A program made the translations under genes and the position numbers. A DNA stretch of 63,077 bases, counting the filler, from Platydemus manokwari (Eukaryota): assembly GCA_037951405.1 (NCBI GenBank). It is 5 parts of 5 records of this genome, joined end to end, with 100 filler letters (N's around TTAATTAATTAA, not from the genome) between each part and the next. Parts side by side here need not be neighbours in the genome. Positions count along the whole stretch, not along the records: positions 39,857 to 54,018 come from JBBMOY011514745.1; positions 54,119 to 63,077 come from JBBMOY011322426.1; 3 more parts are not named here. One strand, 5' to 3'. Positions 52,803 to 63,077 of the stretch are shown here, piece after piece. The notes under the pieces were generated by a model. The model worked only from the letters and a program-made list of their open reading frames with translations, was not told the DNA's origin and ran no database searches. Each line of letters opens with the position of its first letter. Within the stretch, counting starts at the first letter, position 1.

Positions 52803-53711
52803 TGAGGTTAATAACTTTATTTTTTATAATTATAATTATTATTAGTTCTATTGTATCATTATCTTCTTCTAGGTGACTAATTTATTGAGTCGGTATAGAG
52901 TTTGGGTTTCTTAATATATTTCCTATTATATATAACTATAGATCATTAATAATCAGTGAGGCAGCAATTAAGTATTTTTTGATTCAATCATTAGCAAGTA
53001 TTATAATTTTTTTTGCTGGATCATATATTTTTATATTATATATTGGTAATATATTTTCCATAATTTTTTTATTAATTGGATTAATTATAAAACTTGGTAT
53101 ATTTCCATTTCATTTTTGAGTAATCCCTGTAATAAGCGGACTCTGATATATGCAATTGGGATTTCTTTTGATCCCTTTAAAAATTCCTCCTTTAGGATTA
53201 ATTAATTTAAGTATTTTTGATAACATTTTTATAATTATTTTGATTATTTCATTGCTTACTATGATTATAGGGTCATTTCTAGGTAATAACTGTTCTAATG
53301 TTCGTAGCTTATTAGCATCTTCTTCAATTAATCATTCTGGTTGAACTGTAGTAGCTTCATTAATTGGTTGTATATGAATATATTTTTTGGTATACTGTTT
53401 AATATTAATAATTACTCTGTCGTTTATATTATTTAATAATAGAATTATAAGGGCATTTATAGTACTAAGATTAAGAGGATTGCCCCCTTTTATATTATTT
53501 TTTGTAAAATTATTAGTACTCTTTATTATAATAGAATTTTATTCAATTTATATTATTTTGGTTCCGCTTTTAAGTGCTGTTTTTAGTTTAAATTTCTATT
53601 TAAAATTAAGTTATTCTTTTTATTTAAATATAAAAAAAAATAAATTGTATATAATATTTAATTTATTAATTTTAAATTTAGTAGGAGGTTTATTTATTAT
53701 ATTATTATTAT
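52802..53711 (+). CDS. nad2: NADH dehydrogenase subunit 2
   Basis: EAAIKYFLIQS, KLGMFPFHFW and SLSGLPPF; TTG start; incomplete stop T. Confidence 0.93.
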
Positions 53712-53772
53712 TTTTTTATGGCTGAGTTAAGCGATGGATTTTTAATCCATTTAGAGATTTATCTTTTGCGGT
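53712..53772 (+). tRNA. trnK: tRNA-Lys(TTT); 3' acceptor strand largely unpaired
   Basis: TGGCTGAG D-arm; ATGGA-TTTTTAA-TCCAT. Confidence 0.82.
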
Positions 53773-54018
53773 GGTTATTTTCGACTAATTTGGACCCTCT
53801 CTTAGAGAGGGTCCAAATATATGGGAACTATTGCTGTCATAGGGGTAAAAGGATTTATTAAGTATATAATCTTTTGCGGTGGTTATTTTCGACTAATTTG
53901 GACCCTCTCTAAGAGAGGGTCCAAATATATGGGAACTATTGCTGTCATAGGGGTAAAAGGATTTATTAAGTATATAATCTTTTGCGGTGGTTATTTTCGA
54001 CTAATTTGGACCCTCTCT
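53761..54018. repeat. 108-bp mitochondrial tandem repeat with hairpin (right contig end)
   Basis: Hairpins at 53788-53818 and 53896-53926; the third copy is cut at the contig end. Confidence 0.95.
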
Positions 54019-54118
54019 NNNNNNNNNNNNNNNNNNNNNNNNNNNNNNNNNNNNNNNNNNNNTTAATTAATTAANNNNNNNNNNNNNNNNNNNNNNNNNN
54101 NNNNNNNNNNNNNNNNNN
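54019..54118. other. Artificial contig linker
   Basis: N44-TTAATTAATTAA-N44. Confidence 0.97.
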
Positions 54119-55422
54119 TTATATTAAATTTCCCATAAATTTCTAGCTACAATTTTAACCAAAAAACAAATCCATTTTCCCTACAGCAAAATCAACTATA
54201 TGTTGTTCTTGTGGCACAGTATAATGTCAAAGGTTTATATCGGCAATTATCAAATGTAGATGGTCATTAAAAATACACGTATTTTCCCAATTAGATCTAA
54301 AATAGGCAGCCCATGGAAATTTTAAAATTACCTCCTGCATTGCATGGTATATCATCATATATGGAAATTATTTTTCAAATACTGAAAAACTATCATGTTA
54401 GGCGAATGAATATGGTTTTGGAAAATTGCCAACATGACAAAGTGAAAACACCGAACCGAACCACGTGAAACCAATGAATAAAATTATTATTTTTTCATAT
54501 ATATATTCTAATAGTTTTAGTTTCAGAGCTAACAGAATTCTGGTGTTTTAGAATTGATAATTTCATTTGTAGAAGGATCAATCACACAGCATCCTCCTCT
54601 AAGATCATTTTAATTATAGATGTCAATCGATTTTCCTGAGACAAATATTTGGTAAATAATGAGATGTCAGTGCCCCTTAAATCTATAAAATGTTTCAAAA
54701 AAGTAAAAACAAATCATTTGATTCTCAATGATGGAAATGGTTTGAAATCAAACTGTAGCTCAATATATTTAATTTTCAGGAGATTTTCAAGCAATTCAAC
54801 AAAGCGAAAGATTCTGTTATACATACGACATTATGTAAATGAACTCCATTAAATTTTTTATATCACATCACACATGTAGATCCTTTTATATAGGGGAATT
54901 GTGCCAACTCCACATATGGCGAGATATTGTTTTTACAGATTCTCTTATAGTTTAATTTTGATTTATCTCACTCCATTCAATTAAATATGTGGTTTTAATC
55001 CTGTCAATTTGTGTCATAAAAATCAATAAAATAATTTGTTTTCGATTCCCCTCCAAAAAATCATTAAAAAATCGATAATTTTTGGAATAAAAAATTCGAT
55101 TAAATAAATAGTTGCCAAAATATTGCAATCAATGGAATTAATTGCTTCAATCATTGATTATAAAGATTTCAATTGATATATGATAGTGAATGATAGATAT
55201 AACTAGGTGTATCAATGCAGCAATGCCAGGTGATTATGTAATAATTATAATTGCCATTGGGAGTTCGATAATCGACAGAGATAAACCATCATTAATAGCG
55301 AAGCAGTTAATATTGATTTCAGTTGTCGTAATGAATCAGTTTATTTGAGATCAGCTGATCAGAAATATCAATGGAATTGATTACAGCTGATTTTTTTTAA
55401 AAAAATTAGAACACAATCTCAC

Positions 55423-58400
55423 CTTGTCTCGGACAGTGGGATAGAAATTGTGGACATTCATGATTGCATCCGATAATTTGACGTGAAGATTCTTATTGAT
55501 TTCTGGAAAATTAAATGGACGCTTTAATTTGTCCGACAGCTTTTTAATGGCCACTAAACATGAAAAATAATTCACTCAAATATACGCGCGACCAGTGCGG
55601 GACATATTTCAACTTACACAACAGTTTTTTCCACGATTTATTTAATTGTGTCATTTCCTTTACGTTCATTGAACCGAAACATTTCCCCATTATCGATTTA
55701 CAGAGACCTTCACATGGCATAGTGTCAGCTGTGGAACACAGTGAACAATGGAATGCTTTGGCATGCGCTTCTGCACATTCAGAAGGCGGTATCATCTGAA
55801 AGAATGTTGGGATTTTATTAACATTAGCAAATATTATGCAAATTTTTGGAAAAAATCTATGAAATAATTCAATAATTGCATTTTACTTCATTTAACACGA
55901 GAATTCAATTTTGAGTATCGATTTCCATTATCTCGGAAAAATTGACGTTGCGCGATTTTATCATTTGATTCATAGAGAGAATTATATTTCGTTATTATCG
56001 AATGGTAATAAATATTTATAATTTATATTTAATAATATAGGATGTCATAACATAAAGTTCGATCGATTATCATTTCATAAAACAGACACAAATCATTATT
56101 TGTTTAAATTGACTATAATGAGCTACAAAAAAATTGAAAATAGTTTGGAGTGGCTTTAATTATCGAGTTGCGATCAAGTTAAGTTTTATCACGCAATTTT
56201 CGGAATGTCTCAGAAAGCTAGACACTGAAACACCGATTATAGTTGTAAACATCATGTTGAGAGCTGTCATTTGATATAGTTTGAAAATTATTTTTCTCGT
56301 TATAATAATATGAACATTATTATTATTATTATCATTATTCAATTTAATTCCCTAAGAACATTATAATTACTCATCACATGACCTACGAATGTTCGAATTG
56401 AAATAATAAATAAAGCCTTTGTTTAATTGCATGATTATTGTTTTGAGGGTTGCAAAGTTGTACTATTAATGATATTAGTAATTGTATAAAATAAGTATTA
56501 TTCATTTTATATATTTAATAATATTGCCTGACCTTTATAAATTTATTTTATAATAAAAAATCGAAATCTAAAGTGACACGTGATAAATCGAAAGCGGGCT
56601 TAGATTTATAATAATTTATTAATGTATTTATGTAGTGACCGATTATGTAACTGCCAATCATAGACATGGCAGTTCAATTGATTCTAATCTATTGCCCGTT
56701 CATTTGAGTTTGACAGATCGACAAGGAATTTTGACTGAACGAAAGTATGGATTGATTTATTTATTTATAAGTGAGGAAGTTATCCAATGATATTGTGGGA
56801 TTAAGTTATTGTATAATACAGAAAATACGCAACCGACTCAATGACAAATTGTTGATATAATTATATAATCGATGAAAATGATTGGAATTACATAACAAAG
56901 ATTATTTTTCGTCGATATTGACCCAAAGGCGTGTTCAAAGACTTAACTAATTAACCAATATTAACACGCCAGATTAGAGAGATAAAATCATTTGAAACGT
57001 AATTCGAGTGTTAATAGCGACATTGACACAATTTTATATCTACACTTAAGGTTGTCAGTCAATTGCTTTTTGGTTAATTCCAGACTGATCCGTATGACTT
57101 GAAATGATACATGTATCGATGTATGTAATATGCTGGTATGTATATGGCAAAGAGTATGACGGGCAAAACACACGATATGAGATTACAATCAATTGATTGT
57201 TATGAGATAAACATGTTTTGTCGTCAAAAGATTTTAAACAAATCCGATAAGATCTACTCCAGTATTTTTTGTCAAATCATTTTTATTTAGTTATCTAGTT
57301 ACAACATCATATAAATAGGTGTGAGAAATTTTAGAATATCGACAATGTTTTGATTGGATTTGTATTAAAGCTTTTCAAATAATCTATATTGATTGATCAA
57401 ACCCATAAATAATTTCATTTCAAAGCTTGATCTTGTTGGATAAATGAGTTATAGCTGTTAATAGAATTTCCTCATAGGAAAATAATTGCTGCTGATATGA
57501 AATTACGTATAAATATCGACATTATTCGATAATCAATTAAAAATTAAAATAAGCTCTCAAGTCGAATGTGTACATCAGAATTGAGCAATGAATTGATAAA
57601 ATGAACTGATAATCCTCCCTTTCTGAAACAAAACTAGCCCAATCGTTCAGATTATAATAATCCAATATTTATTAACAATCAATTTTATGTCTGAAAAGAA
57701 ATAACGCATTTGTTTTCAATGCTTCTGCAAGATAATAAATCAATATCTTGATTTGCATTGGTCAAAGCATGTATTTTTCAATTTTGAGCTCAGATGTATG
57801 TTTTACATCTGATAGTTGTGGATCAAATCTATTTAAATCAATAATGATGACAAGAAAGTTTCTGTCAAGAATAAATAATGAAAATTGTTGAATATCATAT
57901 CAGAATATATTGGGAATATTTTTTCATTGTTATAATAATCCTCGAATAAGTTCTCAAACATCAAAAATGTATTCAATTCATAATTAATCAATACGAGCTG
58001 AATATTAAATTATTTTCCCAAATAATGTTAAAAGGTCGGCAGTTGATTAACCAAATTCGACTGGCCAGTTTAAAGATCTTTTTATTTTTATGAAATTTAA
58101 GTCTTTGATTTCTACTGAAAGAGCTTGATTATCAGCATTTATACACCAAAAATCACTTTTGAATATTTTATGGAACGATTGAAATTGGCATATTATTGTT
58201 ATTAATAATAAATATTTAATTAATATATAAATCGAATCAATATTAATTCCATTATGAAATTCATATCTATCAATCACCATTAATTAATAATTCATTAAAA
58301 ATGATTATTTTCAAATCAATATCATATCATCAAAGGATTTAAAATAAATCATTAATTCCACATAATTAATCAATAAATATTTAAATTAATTTAATCCAAA

Positions 58401-59980
58401 TGATTATCGCGATTAACTAATCAATAATATGGCAAAAATATTAGTTCAGATGAGTTTATATATTATTAATAATAATTAATATTTGGCCAATAAATTAATC
58501 CAATCAATATTAATAAAATTAATTCATTTAATTAAAATTTATTAAAATCAATAAAGTTTTCAACCAAAGTTAATTAAAAATTGAAAATCAATAAATATAT
58601 TTAAATTAAATCAATTCATTAAATCAATAATCAATCACTATTAAAAATCAATATCAAATGATTGTTAAAATTAATTAAAATATAAATGGCTATTTAAAAA
58701 AAATCGATAAATATATTTGAATAAAATCGATAATTTCACATAATTAATTAATCAATATTAAAAAAACCAATATCAAATAATTATTAAAATTAATTTAAAT
58801 ATAAATTGCGATTTTAAAAAATCAATATATTTAAATTAAATCAATGCATTAAATCGATAATTTCACAAAATTAATCAATCAATATTAAAAAATCAATATC
58901 AAATGATTATTAAAATGAATTTAAATATAAATTGCGATTAAAAAAATCGATGAATTAAAAACTAATAAATCGATAATTTCACATAATTAATTAATCAATG
59001 TTAAAAAATCAATATATTTAAATCAAATCAATGCATAAATCAATAATTAATCAATATTAAAAAATCAATAAAACAATTATTAAAATTAATTAAAATATAA
59101 ATTTCGATTTATTAGACAAAAAATCAATAAAAATTCCAAAAAATCCAACCTTTTTATCAACAAGACCTTGAAACACCTCCTGAGCAGCCTTCAACGAATT
59201 GACAACCATTCTGGCAATCGGATAAGCCCCTTTGAAGCTGTTGATGATCGCCTTATCAATACTCTGAAATGGATCCAATTTCATGAAATTGTTCGTCAAA
59301 CAACGAATCGTTTCTGCATCCTTTTTTCCCAACACCATCATATTCAAGATTTTCTCAGCCATTTCATGGAAAAAATTCTCCAATATCTTTTCCACGTTCT
59401 GTTCTTTTCCGATCATATATTGTTTCAATTTCTCATAGAATTCAAAGAAAAACGGCTGGTTCGATTTGTAACTCGTACTGTAAGTACTGAGAAACATTTG
59501 ATTCAATTGATTTCTGGATTGGTCGAGATTGTTTTGGAAATAATCTACAAGTTAACGAAAAACAGACAGCGTGTGTTGAATTCGTTACACAACGTACCGT
59601 TGAAACTTTCACTGGAGTTGAGTAGATAATTTACGATTTGCTTCAATTGGCCTTCGGCTATGGCTTTCAATTTGTATTGACTAACGGCAATCATCTCGTT
59701 CTGCATATTCGTATCACAGCACGTATTCTTCTGACACAACTTGTCCGCAGATTCTGTTCGATGATGCAAAACATGATCATGACGAAGCTCATTGAACATA
59801 ACAATCGAGCTTACTTGACAATGGAAATCGGTTCAATTCATCACTATATGGATACTTTTTTGAGAACCACAAGCCCTTTTGTGATGAACATTCGATTTGG
59901 TTGTTTTGAGCTTTCGACTCCGTTATGATAAATGCCAAACACAACACAACGAGTCGAATATCGATTAATAATTTTATCAT
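55423..59980 (-). CDS. Glypican family proteoglycan, 3'-partial. Exons 59980-59815, 59753-59598, 59544-59150, 55795-55618, 55553-55423
   Basis: Signal peptide and the glypican cysteine pattern (LCQKNTCCDTNMQ, MFLSTY, ECAEA...HCSLC...PCEGLCKSIMGKC, KLSDAIM). In-phase GT-AG introns. Confidence 0.85.
58560..59110. repeat. Degenerate AT-rich tandem repeat (~115-130 bp period) in a glypican intron
   Basis: AAATCGATAATTTCAC recurs at ~58724, ~58852 and ~58967, each followed by AATCAATATTAAAAAATCAATA-like blocks. Confidence 0.7.
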
Positions 59981-61586
59981 GGTTATCAAATTTATTGCAA
60001 TTGTAATCGATGTGAAAAGATTATCTAAAATAGGTAAGAAAAAATCAATACCACAATTATGAAGTTGAAATTAATTCAGAGTGAAGAAAATATAAAAAAA
60101 GTTTCTGAAAACGTGGATGGAAAAAATTTGGGTGAAATAAATTAATTTTTATTGAACCAGTAAAACTATTTTAAAAATCATCTTAGAAAAATTTAAAACA
60201 TTAAGCTATTAAAACAATCTCCAGGTTGGAAGAATTTTTAATGTTTATTTATTGAATTTTTATTGATATTTTGAATATTGACTAAAAAAATTAATGATTG
60301 AAATTTCAAAATTAATTTTTAAAACAAATTTTGAAATAAATCAATTTTATTAATTTTTATTTTAATTAAATTAATTTTTAATCGATTTATCAATGATATT
60401 GTCTAAGATAGACCTTATGAATATTTTATTTGTCTAGCTATTAATTATCGGAAATGATCAAAATTTATTATTGCAGTTTAATGTAAAAATTGTTCTTCCA
60501 AAGATTTAATCATACTGACTGGGAGGTACGAGCACTTATTGATCAAGATTCTGCTAAGAGCTTATTTATGAATCTATCGTTAAATAATTGTTAAATTTAA
60601 ATACCCAATAACCGACCGTTCATTAATCTTGACCATTTGATTTAATCGTATTTCTCTAAATATTGGATATGCTATAGAAAAATGTAAAAAAACTGAACTT
60701 CAAAATACCGGCATCAAATATAACCCACAATAACAAGTTGTTGTGCTAAAATATTGGCAAAAAAATGAATTAAAAACACTCTCAATGAACTCCACGATAA
60801 AAACCTTCGAATTTAAAAACTAGAGAAACTGATCCAGGAAGCTTAACTAGATTTTTATGAACAAACGAAAAACCTTTTCAGTCTTTGCTTTTAAATTATT
60901 AAAATGTTTGGTAAATAGAAAATCCACTCATGAAATAGGTCCAAGGACAAATTTGAGAAAGCATAAAATAAAATAAGAAATTTTATCACAATTTAAAGGT
61001 CGACAATATAAATTAGCATCTGAAGAACTACTAGAGTGGACTAAATGGAAAGAAAGTCACAGGTTACAATAACTCTATCTACTCTTTATACTATCTATAT
61101 GACTATTACATTTATCAATCTTCTTGTTAACGACTTACGCAATCCCAATCCAACCCATACATTTCGCATATCAACTGACATTATATTTTTTATTAATTCG
61201 ATTTTAACGATTATTTTTATAAAATCAATACTTCTGAATTTGCTATTCTGATAAAGATAAAATAAAAGAGCAAATTCACGTGAATATTTATTAATTGGTT
61301 TATAATTATAATTATATTTATATTATTGTATCGAATCTGTCAATACCGATATCAGATATTTATTTCTTGTCTATTTCTTTCTTCTCTTTCTTCTTCATCC
61401 ATTATATTTCATTGTTTGGCCGGTCTAAAATAGCTAATCATATTATTCATAAAAAACAATTAAAAAAATAATCCGTTTGTTTTCTGTTCCATTTTGGATT
61501 CTCAGATTCTTCTTAACTCTTTTGGAAAGGCTAAAAAATTCAAGGCAGTAGGGTTTTTTCTTTCGAAAATCAATAAAGACTTTCAA

Positions 61587-63077
61587 TTATGATTGAAATT
61601 CTTCGCATTCTTTAAACCAACGTAAACAGGATGGATGGAATTTATAACTCAAACGAGATGTATGCTTATTCAAAATATTTTGCTTGTAGTAATATCTAAT
61701 CGAATTTATTGATTAACTAGGGATAGCCCATATAAATATTCACCTCATATTCCTAGACATTGACTCATATGTCATGTTCTCATTTCCTTGGAATATACCC
61801 CACAGAGCCGCAACCTTTTTTGTATTCTTTATTATAAAGGCACCATCGTCTTTATTGATCCATGACACTCCCATGTCAAATTTCCTAGCTTCACGATCTG
61901 CGAGTAAAAATAAGAAAAACTGCCACATTTCTATCCTCGATCTGTAGACATCGTCACGCAGATCCTTTATGACATCTATTTGTTGACTGCTCAGCTGGAA
62001 ATAAAATTTAGAATCTTTCTTAATAATTTTCGAACTGAGATCTTTCACTCGTCTTATTCGCTTTTTACCACCATTATTTATATCTAATCCGTTATCAGAT
62101 TTTTGCGTTTTACTTTCTTTGCAAAAGATTTTCCAGTTATGGTTTCCAATATCTTGTGAATTAATCTCTTCAATTTCACCGGAATTAGATATGTCCGAAT
62201 TACCTTTTTGTGAAGAAATTGAACTAGTTCTTAAGGCTGTATGATCACCGTCGGATGAAATGAGATCAATTGAATAATCACTCTTTATTTCAGAATTATC
62301 AGGAGAAAAAACTTTTCGTTTTTTCAATTCTCTTCCGATATCTTCTTCATTATTATCCTCTGATATCATTTCTAAACTATCATTTCTTGATCTTTTCCTT
62401 GGTTTAGTATCACTGTTCAAATTCGAACCGACATCATCAATGTCCGTTGGTAAATTTCTCTCCTGATATTGGATTCCCTTTATTGAAAAACTTTTCCTAC
62501 TTTCATTCGACTGAAAACCAGAAGAATACATCCCATTAGATTCCTGGTTGTAATTCTTTAGATTAATATCATTCGGGATTTTTCCAATATTATTTTCAAG
62601 TGGTATTCTTGAATACTGGTTTTTTTCTTTGATCAAAGAATTATCGTTGATTTTCTTTGAAATTGAATGAGGAGAATGAATAATTTTTCTATCCCGGGAG
62701 ATTTCGGTTGGTATCATATTGGTGGTATATTGAGGAAAATGTGTAGCAGATATATTTTCGTACATTGTTTGATATCCTGTATAATCACCGGTTAAATATC
62801 CAGACGATTGACATCCACTTGAGAAAGGATTCGAAGCAAATGATGATTGGATGTTCGAATAATTATCAATTACGGCGTTATTCATACCATTATTAGTACT
62901 GAAAAATCCCATGTGCGGGAAACTTTCGTACCCAGATAAATGAGCAATATTATTATAGTTATTATAATTATAATTGGGTTGATTGTTCCCATAGATACCG
63001 TTATATGGAACACTATAATATCCTGGTTGAAATTGTTGTGGATAATTCGAATTATAAATATTATTATTGGCTGGTGG
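61587..63077 (-). CDS. ETS-domain transcription factor (ESE/ELF5/EHF-like), 5'-partial. Exons 63077-61744 and 61695-61587
   Basis: Frame is open from the window edge. ETS domain MWQFFLFLL...WINKDDGAF...VAALWG...MTYESMSRNMR|YYYKQNIL...RLSYKF spans a 48-nt intron. Confidence 0.88.

Noticed and set aside
53821-54018. 36-aa repeat ORF (MGTIAVIGVKG...) as a novel mitochondrial protein
   Set aside because: It arises because the unit length is divisible by 3; T-type units put a TAG in this frame, and the ORF runs into Ns.
54860-54950. Candidate next glypican exon (LAICGVG)
   Set aside because: No in-phase splice acceptor could be established.

Overview
This window is not one locus. It is five eukaryotic contigs joined by artificial 100-bp linkers (N44-TTAATTAATTAA-N44 at 9917-10016, 25392-25491, 39757-39856 and 54019-54118). 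Four contigs are very AT-rich nuclear DNA with many 45-70 nt GT-AG introns and divergent proteins; a triclad or other flatworm origin is my inference, not proven. They carry a PCTAIRE/CDK16-type kinase (2 exons), a secreted multi-EGF/cbEGF protein (complete), DIS3L2 (3' part), NCBP2/CBP20 (complete), a glypican (5' part) and an ETS factor (3' part). They also contain hAT, mariner and LTR-retrotransposon debris and intronic satellites. The fourth contig (39857-54018) is a complete ~14-kb pulmonate gastropod mitochondrial genome (13 CDS, 2 rRNA, 22 tRNA, invertebrate mitochondrial code), probably from a second organism such as prey, host or a contaminant. Its most unusual feature is a 108-bp tandem array between trnK and cox1. 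Each unit repeats the first 8 codons of cox1 and carries a perfect 15-bp-arm hairpin whose central base occurs as either A or T. Coordinates were read by hand; tRNA/rRNA ends and some start codons are approximate.
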